58,085 bases of DNA, filler included, from Sluysia triapertura (GCA_046118255.1; 4 parts of 4 records of this genome joined end to end with filler, not necessarily neighbours in it); one strand, 5' to 3'. Numbered from the whole stretch's first letter, positions 1 through 12,352 are shown. A program made the numbers and translations. The notes: a model not told the origin generated them from the sequence alone.

Positions 1-530
1 AGAGAGGTGAAGGTGAAAACATCTAGAGCCTCCTGAATGCCTTATAAACTATCAAATAACTTTAGAACCTCAATAAATCTTTAAACATAAAATAAGATTA
101 AGTCCAGAAATAGATTAATTAATTAAAATCTTATTTAACTTAATTAAGAAAAAGTACGTTTTTCTGAATAACTTTTGAATGCGGAATGCTATGTTAAATT
201 TGAAACTGCGTATGTAGTTGTTTTGAAAAGACCTTTCGATGATTATATGGTTTGATCGAGTTCATACGAAGAAAGCCTTAATATTTGAGAAATGTCAAAT
301 TTTAATTATGGAATGTTGAATTTCTAATACTTAGAGTGATCCAAATATGATGAATGGAATATGAGATGATTGCTATGAAAGAGAATTCAAAAGTGAGTTC
401 AAAATGTTTGTAAAATGGTTCGTTTGAGAATAAGAACCTTAAAACATTTTTCATTGGAAATTTGGGTGTGAAAACTGGAAAATTAATTAAATAATGGAAA
501 GTGAAATTAAATTCATTATTTTTATGTTTG

Positions 531-1165
531 TTAACAGTATAGCTGATTTATATTTTCTAGTTTTGCTTTCAGAATTATTTTGGAGTCCATTTGTATTTCA
601 TGAGTTTGGAAAGTATTATAACAATTTTTTGGTGTAATTTCAAGATATTCTTCTATCGTTGGTTGCTTAATCAATGAAATATGGCTATTATGTCCACACC
701 ATCTAATTGATCTTTTTCTAGAGACTGCACATTCGTATGCTTTAGTATAAAAATATCCTCTTTCTTGATAAATATGATAAATCTGATCGTATTGTTTAAT
801 AAATTTATTTGAATATCCATCAGGGAATTTTTTCTGCATCGATTAATGAAAATTTTGCTCCAAGTGTTGCATTTTCACAATCAAACGCTTTAATGATTGT
901 ATTCGTTTCTTGGTTCAATTTTAACATTTTTGTCTACGTTTATATTATTACTATCGTTTAACTTAACATCTACTTTATTTTCAGCTTTAACAATCCTAAT
1001 ATTTTCCTGAATATTACTTAATTTTATGTTAGGTATATTATTTGTCTCATTGTCTTTCTTATTGGCTTTAATAATAATTGTGCTTGGCTTATAAGGTAGA
1101 CAACTACATTCAACTATATATTCATTGTCATTAATATAATCATTTTTAATACTAATATTACATCA
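531..1165 (-). pseudogene. env: Chuvirus/Jingchuvirales-like fusion glycoprotein (env) N-terminal fragment, frameshifted and truncated
   Basis: Removing one A from the A-run near 830 joins 900-831 to ORF 531..839: IKAFDCENATLGAKFSLIDAEKFPDG...IYQERGYFYTKAYECAVSRKRSIRWCGHNSHISLIKQPTIEEYLEITPKNC. This fits the recalled chuvirus-G pattern (A/G)(Y/F)DC...SLxD..C...Q.....C......(Y/W)CGxxSHxS...C. An Asn/Lys-rich open stretch continues upstream to ~1165 behind a second frameshift near 900. Confidence 0.7.
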
Positions 1166-2669
1166 TTATTAAATAAACTGAATAACATACGAGTTAGAGA
1201 AATTAATTATTTACCTGAGGTATATGGGTTTATGATTATTGTTATTATTATTAGATTGTAAACAGTCTTTAAAAATGTGAAAAAATTAAAAAAAATAATA
1301 AAGTTTATTAAAATCATTATTATTGTTATTACGGTATTTAATTATAACTGAATTATGAATTGCGTGCTTAAGGCACTTAGAAACGATCATTTTATAGTTG
1401 TGAGGACTAATATAATAAAACTAATATAAATGCATTATATTAAAATATAGGTATAATATAATTATACTCGTTCTTGAAACTTAAGAATTTATAAAACATA
1501 AAAATTATTTATAGAACAGCAAAGTAAATTCTCACAATCGTGACGTCGGATCGACCACGCACACACATACGATGTTTAACATCTCTATCTGATATATTGC
1601 TAATAACTAATTCATCTAGCCAGAACGCCCCATGCAGAATTCGATGTAATCCACACATCCACCCTCGAAACTCATATCCACGTTCACTGAGATCTCGATC
1701 ATTATTCGGTTCATCAACATCGTCCATGGTCTTCCTGATAAAATGTTTTGAAATTTGACTTGAACACTTTAATGCCACTGTAAACTTCAAATCGCCGTAT
1801 TCAACACTTTTCGATATAATATTAAACACTTTAAATCTGCGTAACACTATAGTTATTTCCGTATTTCGTAATTCTTTTTTTATCGATCCATTATACACTT
1901 TAATGTAAGGTTCGTAGATATATGACAGTTTCCAAAGCCGCAAAATCGTCAACCCAGTATTTTCAACCAACTAACCATATGCCACTTATATCATTAATTC
2001 CTAAAACTCGATCAATTTCATATTTTTCTGAAAATTTAATCATATTGTCATTAATCAATTCATGATATGCATTGGACAAGTTCTCTTTACTATATAACAC
2101 AATTGTTCATAATAGCGATTTTTTTGAAACTTCAAAATCGGAAAGCTTCATTAGATTTACTGTAACATTACCTTTAACAAACTCAAAAACTTCATAATTT
2201 TCATTTTTCATTTTCAAGGTTGATTTAATTGCGTTTTTCAAAAATTTTAAAAAAATCTCTTGACACTATTATCAAAACAAAAGAATTAATTCATAATTTT
2301 CATTTTTTTGTGATATATATATATATATCGCGTACAAATTTAAATGATTCATACAATTTACTTTTAAAAAAATGCTACTTTTTCTAATTATACTTCATGA
2401 ATTCGTTTTTTTTTCGAATCTCATTACTATTATATCACGGCTATTACATCAAATGAACTTTGAATAAACAATTTTTAATGTTATTTAAAAAATCAAAGTG
2501 TACAACTGATAAGAAAAATTACAGCTTAACTAAATATATATAAACGTAGTTCTAATTGTTGAATTTTCATTAATTACTAATATTGCTATATTTAACTTTG
2601 CATTATCAAATATCTTGTCTACTGACAATTTAGATAAATGCGGCATTGATTTATTGAAAAATAATCATA

Positions 2670-2830
2670 TACAAATTATTGAACAAAAATTCGATTCTAA
2701 TGATTTAGTGAATGAATTACCATATTATGACTGTGTTATCGGATAGTACTTTTAGTAGTTCTGTCCATAGATCTCTGTTTTCGATTTTATTACCGGATAA
2801 ATCTATTTCTTCAATTCTTGCGTTGTTATT
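2670..2830 (-). pseudogene. Leucine-rich-repeat (RI-like) gene fragment inside the LTR element
   Basis: NNARIEEIDLSGNKIENRDLWTELLKVLSDNTVI fits LxxLDLSGNxI...LxxxLxxNxxL; after a frameshift it continues YGNSFTKSLESNFCSII. Confidence 0.5.
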
Positions 2831-3199
2831 AACGAAAAATAATCCGAATATAAATTTAATAAACGTACACTTGAATTCCACTAATAAAAAGATTAATCTT
2901 GGAAAAGTAGAAGGCTTAACATCTAAATTTAAGTTATAATTAAACATTTAAATCATGCACAAGTACAATACACTAAAAGAATGGTGTCGTAGTGATGACA
3001 AAATGATGATAAACATTATTTAAATATTAATGAGCAAAATATTGATAAAATGTCAGAGATTTTGTAGTGCGTCTAAGCTTTGTTAATGATGAACGATGTA
3101 ATAATGTAAGGATCATGGATGGATTTTATTTTAGTGTGGTTTTTGTGATAAGGTTTATATGGTTTGTGATTAGAATAAGTATAATGATGTAATCTAAGA

Positions 3200-4584
3200 G
3201 GCTGTGCCACCACAAGGTATTTATTGGAACATGTATCTCATGCTTATTATCTTCATGTGGTAATATTGCCTTATTATTTTTATTAAACCAATAATTTTCT
3301 ACTTCCTTAAGTAAACTTTTTTAAGTAAACGGCTTAGGAAAATGCACGTTATTCTGTAAATAATTATACTATTTCTTCACTATTACTTATAGCATCTATA
3401 TACTATATTTAAATACTTGAATATATCTCCAGTATTTGTGTACTCATTACTGATTAATTAAGTAATTCATCAACATTCTCGATATTTACTTCATCATTAA
3501 TTACTTCTTTTTCTTTTTCTTTCTGATTAATATCTTCTGGAGATAATACAAAAATATTACTTGAGTCCATCGTATCATCTTGAGGTACTTCTTCTTTTAA
3601 ATTTTACATTTGTAATTGTAGAGTCAATTCCTTTATTGTTTCTTTTAAATTTTTATTTTCTTCATTAGTGGAATCCACTTGGTTACATAATACTTGGGAA
3701 ACTTGACTTCTACTACGTTTTTGATTATTTCTGTTTCCTCAATTACTTCTACTTCTATTTATGTTGCCAAACGAATTTCGATACCAACAATTACATTTAC
3801 TATGGCCTGATTTCTTGCAAATTGTACATGATTCACTTGTAAATTGTACTTTACTTTGTTGACTTACATTATTATACTGATTTTGCCCTTTATAGCTAAT
3901 AAACTGTGTATTCCGTCGAAAATATTTTACGTTATGCTCATTATAATTATTATTATAAATCTTCTTATCATTGTTAAAAAACATATTATCAGAAAAATTA
4001 TTATACTTAAAATTACTGCGACTGTTAGAAAAATTATTCATTTGTCCATCTAGATCTGTTCGAATTATAGGCTCGTTGGCCATCACATTGGACTTGTGCG
4101 AAATTCCTGTTCTACTCTCTATATTTGACGCTTTTTGTACTAACTCATCTAAATTAGTTAAATCTATCATCAAAAGTTGGGTTCTGATTGGTTCCTTACA
4201 TCCATCAATAAATTTTTCAGTAATTGACTCAAGTTTTTGCTCATGCGTAAAACTGGGACGGTTTCTTTACTATTTTGTATCCTGCCTCGAAAGTTTTTAA
4301 AATTAAAAAATTTAGAGTTTCTAGGAGAAAATCGACTTCTAAACTCATCGATTAAATCTTTCCATGCATTTTTATTTTCTTCAGGGATATTTAAATAAGC
4401 CTCAACCGCTTTACCTTTTAAATGTAGTAGAAAACGTCTACATTGGGTATCCTCAACCCAGCCAAAGACACCAGCGTAAAGTTGATATTGATTCACAAAA
4501 TTTACCGTCAAAAGATTCCAGTGAAAGAACGAAAGATCGCATAGATTCAGTATTCATTTCTTTTTTCTTTCTAGTCTGTGGCAT
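3200..4584 (-). pseudogene. gag: Ty3/Gypsy-type Gag (capsid-like region plus CCHC zinc knuckle), with frameshifts and stops
   Basis: MPQTRKKKEM...LESFDGK/FVNQYQLYAGVFGWVEDTQCRRFLLHLKGKAVEAYLNIPEENKNAWKDLIDEFRSRF (ORF 4170..4511); CTICKKSGHSKCNC = CX2CX4HX4C at 3787-3828; the degenerate frame continues to ~3200. Confidence 0.85.
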
Positions 4585-4652
4585 AAAATGTTAAATCTGA
4601 AATTATAAACTTATTTTTTGCTTAAAAACAAATCTATATAATTATAATGAAA

Positions 4653-4668
4653 CTTCACTGGGGCACCA
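4653..4668 (-). promoter_or_regulatory. Primer-binding site (PBS), probably complementary to elongator tRNA-Met
   Basis: TGGTGCCCCAGTGAAG, 7 nt after ...TAACA and ~70 nt upstream of the gag ATG; complementary to a tRNA 3' end ...CACUGGGGCACCA. Confidence 0.7.
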
Positions 4669-4675
4669 AAATTTA

Positions 4676-4887
4676 TGTTATCTTTTATTACTTTTATTTT
4701 CCCAAATTATAAAAGGTTATTATCAGCGGATCAATATTGAAAATGCAGCTACTTATAATTATTTACTAATCGTTGTACAATTTTAAAAATTGAAAAAATT
4801 CCAAATTTTTTGAAAATAAAAATTGCATTTCACAAATTTAGAATATTTGCTAATCTAGGGTCATGATTATTGATTATAAAGGTAACA
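4676..4887 (-). repeat. Candidate 5' LTR (~212 bp)
   Basis: Termini TGTTATCTTTT / TAAAGGTAACA (9/11 inverted match), AATAAA near the 3' end, adjacent PBS. The outer boundary overlaps the par-3 K-V-T codons, so it is uncertain. Confidence 0.45.
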
Positions 4888-5783
4888 GTTGCATTTGGTG
4901 ACGTGAAAGTTGTTGTGCCTTGTGGAAATGGTGATATAATTATCAGACAATTGGCAGACCTTGCCACAACACGATACAAAAAATCTTTACAGAAGGATAG
5001 TTCTCATTTAAGTTGTATGTCGAACATAACCACTACCTCTTTAGTATTGGCACGTGACAATGGAATTCTTGACTGGGATGATAATGTCAAAGATGTCATT
5101 GATGATCATGAATTTATAATGGCTAAGTTTAATAATAATTCAAGTGGTTAGTTATGTTCAAACAATGCCGATATTTTAAGAGACATAATTTCTAATAGCA
5201 ATAATTGTTACCTAGAACAACAACACCATCCGCAGCATCAACAAAGACAACAACAATATCAACATCATCATCAGTGACATAATTCTATAAATAATCCGTA
5301 CCAATATCAACGGTTATATTCTGAGCCACCGAATTTAAATTCTGAATATCCAAATTCACCATTAAAGCGTAAGGAAGACATATCGATAATATGGCCTATC
5401 CCACTGCCGCCATTGACTGATCTTTCTGAAAATATAAACACAAATGCGCTTCAATATATAGAATTAATTGAAAATAATATCTGTAAATGTATAGTTACCA
5501 TTATAACTACCACAACCTCATCTTTATCATTTTCAGGGTATACCAGTTACTATAACAACACCTGATATCAGTAATGCAGTCTCAAATACTGTTATTTCAA
5601 GCTCCTTACATTTCAGTGACATACTAATAAATCATCGTGATAAAAATGTGATACCAAATAAATATTCAATACCCATGCCACCGCCCGCACAAAATTCATT
5701 GACATCCTCTTCAATTCACCATTTAATAACAACTTGGAATCCGTTTCTTTATCATCTTTATCAGAAAAATCAAACTCACCAAA
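4876..5783 (+). pseudogene. par-3: Processed par-3/bazooka pseudogene (N-terminal CR1 oligomerisation domain plus low-complexity linker)
   Basis: (I)KVTVAFGDVKVVVPCGNGDIIIRQLADLATTRYKKSLQK...DNGILDWDDNVKDVIDD matches the PAR-3 N-terminus. The expected start codon reads ATA (4876); in-frame stops at 5149-5151 and 5275-5277; frameshift near 5535; no introns. Confidence 0.85.
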
Positions 5784-5939
5784 TGTTAGACTTCGTAAAA
5801 TGGACTGACCGGAGATCGAACCCGGGACCTCTAGTTGCGCAGTCGATGCTCTACCGCTGACCTATCAGCCCCGTCTAACGATTTTATTTTATTATAGTCA
5901 ATTTTACAAAATGGCACTTTACGCCTTTTTACCCCAACA
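5784..5939 (-). mobile_element. tRNA-Ala-like mini-element, copy A (tRNA-like body 5801-5871)
   Basis: TGTTGGGGTAAA leader, then CGTTAGAC-GGGGCTGATAGGTCAGCGGTAGAGC...GGTTCGATCTCCGGTCAGTCCA-TTTT-ACGAA-GTCTAACA; A and B boxes present; homologous to 49919-50075. Confidence 0.85.
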
Positions 5940-6248
5940 ATATGAAATAAAATAAAATAAGATTAATAATAAGATTAATAATAAAAATAATAAAAATGTA
6001 ACAATAATGTTGCATTGATTTGTGAGAGAGATGTTTAATCAAAAATTTGGGAGTTATTGGATGATGAGAAAATATAAAAAGGAATACCTAAAAATTTTAC
6101 TTCAAAACAATAACAACAATTAGTAATGCAAATGAGAAGATACATGCTTTAAGTAATTTTTGAATTTATTTTATAATTAAAAATAACAATTTTTTGGGGA
6201 TTTTATAAGCATGAATAATAGTTAATATTTAATAGTTAATGGTTAATA

Positions 6249-6915
6249 TGTTGCGTCACCTCTGGTTTCTTTGGATAGATTATTGTGGTCTTACTATTGT
6301 CATAGATATTATTGTTAATTTTGAAGTTTAGTCATTTTTATTTAATTCACTTGTATTAATGGTAAAGCAGAAACTTATAATAACGACTTGTATTTGATTT
6401 TTTAATTAATATATTCTTGAGTTATTGTTATTAATTTGAATTAAGAACGTAATTTTTGGATTGAATAAATATCATCGTTCAAATAAGAAAATTTGTGATA
6501 ATCTATACTTGATCTAGTGTTATTGAAATTATTGAGATTCTATTTAAGTAAATTAAACTGATATTGATTTATTGTTACAAATAATTTCAAAGACACATCA
6601 ATAATAGTGGTTAAATGAATATTAACACAATGTTAAAATAAACCTGGTGATTTAAACCTGGTGATGCTAGTTTACATGCTAATAATCAGCCAACACTCTA
6701 GTAACTTCTATTTTATTTTTGGAAACGAATTTTCTTTTCTCGAAAATTTATTTTCTTTTTTGGAAAATAAATATTTTAAAATGATTTAGTGGGTTGTGAA
6801 TTCACGTTTCAAAGACAAGTAAAGTTAATAGTTACTAATTTAGAGTAATTTGGCAACAAAATTAATAGTTGGCACGAAAACTTTTAGTTTTAAAATAAAC
6901 TTTTAGGTTGAAACA
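6249..6915. repeat. Solo-LTR-like remnant
   Basis: Begins TGTTGCGTCACCTCTGGTTTCTTTGGATAGAT (inverted homolog ending ~39211), ends ...AAACA, and contains the shared GATGCTAGTTTA promoter-core motif near 6662; no TSD found. Confidence 0.4.
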
Positions 6916-7763
6916 TTGTTATTAATGTCATTAGAACATAATTACATACACGTAACCTACTGAAAATTTTAGAGATATAAAGTTTGAACCAAGATTTAGT
7001 CATTTTCAGAAGCATTCATTTAATTCTAAAATTATTTTTAAAGAAAATCCTATAAGGTTGTCTTCCATAGGGATTTAAATTTCACGTTATAGGTTGACTC
7101 AATATATTCAAGTAAATGATTAACTCATTAACACTCATAAAAATAATAAAAATAGTTATATTAATGATCTTAAATTTAAAGCAATAGAGTTTATACATTC
7201 GTCGATTTTTAAAAACATAAAGCATGTAATCATTGGATTATTAAATTAGGGCGATAGTTTATGTATAAAAAATGATAATAAGAGTTTTAATGATTTAACA
7301 TTATTAGAAAAGTATAATGAGTCATAACGATCAACAAATGAGCAGCAGAAATGATATCAATACTGATAATACTGATATTAATTGGATGAAGAATATTGGA
7401 ATGAAAGAAGATATGTAGATTATTTAGAAAAGATTACTTATATGAATACATGATAATGTAAAGATGTAAGATACATGATTGAATATGTTTGTGAATTCAT
7501 GATTTTGGGTTTTGACTCACCATAAATAGAAAATTTCAACTATTATTTTGTAAAATAATAGTTGAAGTTCATTTTTAAATTTGAACGATTAATCAATAAA
7601 TTACAATGCAGCATAAGAATCAAACTTAGAATATATAAATTTCAACTTTAATGTCACACTTGATTAGAAAAACAAAAGTCAACAGTGCTAATTATACATT
7701 ATTATTTATAGTATTATGATAATAACAAAAAGTGATATTTAATAAATAAAAATTATATCAAAA

Positions 7764-8507
7764 ATGAATGAAGCAAATGAACTGTACGTGATTGGGGCTG
7801 GTCAAATGAGAACGGGAACAATGTCAATGAAGGAAGCTTTACAAATTATATATCCTGGTACAAACTGTTATCACATGAGAGAAGTATTTGAAAATCAATC
7901 TCATGTTAATATTTGGCAAGAAGCTCTTAAAAAAAAGAAATTAACTAAAGAGATGGCAAATCAATTATTTAAGAATTACAAAGCAGCCGTGGATGTTCCG
8001 GCATGTGTGTTTTATAAAGATTTAATGGAGTTATATCCAAATGCTAAAGTGATTTTAACGACAAGAGATAGTAAAAGTTGGTTTAAGAGTGCTTCTAAAA
8101 CGACGTTGCCTTCTAGAAGTTTTTCATGGTTGGAATTTTTCCTTGGTTTTAATCAATCGTTTTATAATTTTACACGTGACATACTTAAATATCAGTATGG
8201 TTATTCAACAACAGAATTGTTATCAAATGAAGAGTTTTGTAGGAAAAGATTCGATAAAATTAATGAAGAAGTACGTCAATATGTTCCAACAGATCGATTA
8301 TTAGAATTTAAACTAGGTGATGGTTGGGAGAAATTGTGCAATTTTTTAAATGTTCCTGTTCCATCGGTGCCTTATCCACAGTTAAATTCTACCGATGATT
8401 TTAATAAAAGAATTAACAGAAAATTATATCTTCTAAGAGTAATATCTTATGGATCTATTGCTATTATTGTTGGAATTATTAGTTATATGTTGAAGTACAA
8501 ATGTTAA
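7764..8507 (+). CDS. Sulfotransferase, Sulfotransfer_4 / schistosome SULT-OR-like family, single exon, C-terminal TM anchor
   Basis: 247-aa intact ORF with VIGAGQMRTGTMSMKEALQIIY..CYHM (PAPS P-loop), VDVPACVFYKDLMELYPNAKVILTTRD..W, VPTDRLLEFKLGDGWEKLCNFLNVPVP..YP..N, and hydrophobic tail VISYGSIAIIVGIISYML. Confidence 0.93.
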   Translation: MNEANELYVIGAGQMRTGTMSMKEALQIIYPGTNCYHMREVFENQSHVNIWQEALKKKKLTKEMANQLFKNYKAAVDVPACVFYKDLMELYPNAKVILTTRDSKSWFKSASKTTLPSRSFSWLEFFLGFNQSFYNFTRDILKYQYGYSTTELLSNEEFCRKRFDKINEEVRQYVPTDRLLEFKLGDGWEKLCNFLNVPVPSVPYPQLNSTDDFNKRINRKLYLLRVISYGSIAIIVGIISYMLKYKC

Positions 8508-11500
8508 ATGAAATGTAAACATTGTATTCTAAATTTTAGAATGGTTGAGATAATATGGTTAAATTTAAAAATTATTTTACTCTAACTTTAACATCTTTAA
8601 TTATTTTAGTTTATTTTTTGATTGTTATTAAATATCAATTTTGTTGATTTTTACACATTAGTTCAATACTGAAATAGAAGCCGAATTCCGAAAAGGTATT
8701 TAATTCGAAGAAGAAAAAAGGTACTCACTTGTAAAAATTAATTAATTGATTAATGACTTTCGGTTAAAATGTCTCTCTATTTATATCCATTTGGTAATGC
8801 TGTATAATTGCCTATAACTATTGTAATTACTTTTAGAAATTATTATTCCGTAAAATTCGTTTGTAATTACTTTTTTCCATTAAATTATTCTGTATAATTA
8901 CTTTTTCAATTGAAAATCCATTAAGGTCCATTAAGTAAATATTCCTTTTTTCTTCAATCCATTAAACATTAATTATTTTTTCTTTAAAATGCACTATTTT
9001 TATTTTTTTAAAGATTTTTGCATTATCGTTAATAATTATTTTTTTATTTAATAATTAAATTTTATATGTAGAATAATTAATTTAAATTGGAAATGGAGAT
9101 TAAACTAAATTTGAAATTAATTTAAGTTTTTATTTTATTTTATTTTTAACTTATTTTATTTACCGTATTATTATTGTTACTCGAATTTAAGGCGCAACAA
9201 ATAAGTTTTATTTTGTTTAAGCTTCATTAGTCAGATTGATTTATACTTATTCGATATATCATAGTATTATTATTATTACCAATAATAATAATATCGAAAG
9301 GTATTATTGCAAGGTACAACCAACAAATTTTATTTTGTTTAAACTTCATTAGTGAAATTGTTTTATACTTAGTCTCTATATCATAAAAGTTATTTATGAA
9401 TTCGACTCTGATGGTAGAAATACGTATGCAAATTTTAGTAGTTAAAATAAGTTAAAACTGTTAACTCAAAAATATATCGAACTAATAATATACTTAGGTA
9501 TATTTAATGAAAGCAATTAAAAAATATAAATACAAATATATTGCAAAGGACCAAACGTAGTAATTATGATATTATTCATTTTAAGTCTAGTTTATTTTAA
9601 ATTTTTTTAAAATTTACTTTATTTATTGTATTTTATTAACGTCGATTACGATTTATAAAGATGGCTAGTTAATAAAAGTTAGTGAATTTTTTATCCGATT
9701 AGAATCAAAATTGTTGAGCAAAACTGATAGTTATGTTTATGGGCTTTTGAGTAGAAAAATTTACTTATAAACATTTCCACTAATAGTTAACAATTTCATT
9801 CGGTAATAATTTTTCTATATTTCTATAATTTCTTAAACTTAATATCAAATAAATGATTTAAAAAGACGTATTAACTCAATAAGATTAATTTAACCTATAT
9901 TTTAATTAATTTTCTATAATATTAGTTTATATAATTACAAACTATTGTTAGGGTTTTTAAGAGTTAGAATTTCATGAGTTTTCTTAATTTAAAAAATGCT
10001 TTTTTCTCTTGTCAAACCCTAAATAACTTAGCGAAAACTTCGATAATTCTATTATGGTATTGATTTCAACAAATATATTTCGACTTTATAAATTTACTGA
10101 CATGTCTTAATAGCGTGTGACATATTCAGCGGAAACATTTATCCTAAATTTTCTTCTTGAACACAATGTGTTGTGTCTTTAATAAATTAATCTAAATTTA
10201 TTGCTATCCTAAATTCAAATTTAAAAGAAAAGTTCAATTAAATTCTCTGAATCACAACTATCACTTAGTACAAACAAGTAAAATTTAACACAATTATCAA
10301 TTAACAAAATAATCGTTAAATTTCCTAAAAGAAAAATATATTACAGGCCACATAATCAAACAATGACAATTAACTTAATGAGGTACTAATAATCTAAATT
10401 TATACATTTAAACAACAGCTTAAACCTCGGCGTTATTCTCAACAAAATTAATTAATTTAACTTAAAATAAAATTAAATAAAATGAATTATAAAATTAGTC
10501 TTGATGTTTTCAATTAAATATAGAAGTGAATAAAATGTTTTAGAAATTAACTGAGCCCACATACGGTCCTAGTCCTAGAAATTACGGCTAAGCTGTAGGA
10601 ATTTAAATAAGAATGGTTATGCACACTTACTGGAGGTTAATTTTAGTTCTCAATAACTTAAATCTTAACGTTTAACTATGTTTGCTAATTTTAATATAAT
10701 TCCTTCAAATAGAGCTAAGTTATTTAATAATAATTATTACTGAGATTCGTAAATAAGTTTGGCTACATTCAATATAAGTTATCAAATGAGATTCTACATA
10801 GGATCTAACAAATCTATATTTTACTAAATGCGATATGAAAAGCCGGTTTCAAAATCTTATTCAAGGATAATTTAAAATAAATTGCTATACTATATAAATT
10901 GCTAATGATCTTTTTAAAATAATATCAAATTTAAGATTCAGTGTTTGAAAGAAAAATAATGATTTATTAAATAAAATAAAAACAAGAACTACATGGTCGT
11001 TAATCACAATAATGTAAAGTTTTTTGAAAATTGATTTTACTTAGAACCTTTTAAATGGTTCTGCAAAACATTTAACCATAAGATTTTGAGTAAAAGTTTA
11101 CAAATGTACATAAATAGTACGGAAACTTAATTAAAATAAACTAACGAATATGAATAATGCGTTGAACCAGTTCAAGGATAATTACAAAAGGTAGCTGCTA
11201 GTCGAATATAATGTTCACCCAAAACTTTGAAAAGAAAATATGCCTTTATCGCATTAGTTATGAAATTAGGTACAATAAATATTAGTTACAAACATCTATT
11301 ATATTTATAATAGATTTGATTTGACCTTAATACATGACATGATAAAACAAAAAATTAAATTTACATAAATAGTCTAATAGTTTACGTCCAAATATTTAAA
11401 ATAAAATAGTCCGGATCCAAAATACTAATTAAATATTAAATAAATATTTAAATACATCAATAAATATTTACAACATAGATATTATTAAAACACGTAGTTA

Positions 11501-12180
11501 ATTGACTTAAACACGGAATCATAAATTCGTACATATAACAAATATTTAAAACATTATTTAAATCATAAATTCAATTGTCTATAGTACATATATTTAACAT
11601 AAACATCAACGATAAACGTAACAATTTTGTTTTATTATAGTCAATTACACTATCATTATTCTATAGCATTTTAGGCCTGTAACTCAACATAATGTTAAAC
11701 TTTTAATGTTGCTTATTGGTGAAGTTATGTTTAAATTATGGTTTACTCATGAAAACACATTCTTGCTAGAAGGAAGACATCCAAAATGCTTGATAATTTG
11801 TCTTATCATGCATAGTATTTGCTGCATTGCAGAGTTTTATTAAAGTTTTATTCCTAGGGTTGTCGAGAGTTATTTTATTTATTTCAAATTTAATGAATAT
11901 TGGCTCAAGATGACCCAAAACAAAATGAAACGTATCGTAAAAATGTCTCAATTTAAATCGCTGAATATCAAAACTGCTATCTTTCGAGAACACTCGATCA
12001 ATTGTGCGAAACGTTATCAGACTCAAAATCTTATGGAAAATATCATCAAGAACGCATTTAATTAGTTGAACAATATACAAATTTACTAATGTCTACCAAT
12101 ATCATGTGGGCCTTCGCAAAAAAAACGAATACATACTTTAAAGTTTTCATCACTATTGAAACTTTAAAGTTTTCATTTAC

Positions 12181-12280
12181 NNNNNNNNNNNNNNNNNNNN
12201 NNNNNNNNNNNNNNNNNNNNNNNNTTAATTAATTAANNNNNNNNNNNNNNNNNNNNNNNNNNNNNNNNNNNNNNNNNNNN
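12181..12280. other. Artificial contig linker N44-TTAATTAATTAA-N44
   Basis: Identical 100-nt construct occurs three times; TTAATTAATTAA puts stops in all six frames. Confidence 0.95.
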
Positions 12281-12299
12281 AGCGCAATATAAATTAATA

Positions 12300-12300
<1 letters not shown>

Positions 12301-12352
<52 letters not shown>
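12301..12352. repeat. (ATT)n microsatellite
   Basis: Perfect trinucleotide run at the contig start. Confidence 0.95.

Larger units (their letters stand above)
531..4887 (-). mobile_element. Decayed LTR retrotransposon (Ty3/Gypsy-like gag, no recognisable pol) with env-like viral glycoprotein remnant
   Basis: Minus-strand order: candidate LTR ending ...TAACA (4676), PBS TGGTGCCCCAGTGAAG (4668-4653), gag from ATG 4584 with CCHC knuckle, patchwork middle, glycoprotein remnant at 1165-531. No matching 3' LTR seen in the window. Confidence 0.65.

Noticed and set aside
1-536. 3' LTR of the gag/env element
   Set aside because: It starts TGTTA on the minus strand but shows no similarity to 4676-4887; more likely an unrelated repeat that truncated env.
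5768-5783. PBS-like TGGTGAGTTTG next to element copy A
   Set aside because: It reads as a continuation of the par-3 pseudogene frame and is absent next to the other copies.
11766-12080. 104-aa minus-strand ORF at the contig end
   Set aside because: No recognisable motif or splice structure; cannot be supported.
12225-12236. TTAATTAATTAA as a biological motif
   Set aside because: It sits centred in N44 pads three times, so it is a synthetic linker.
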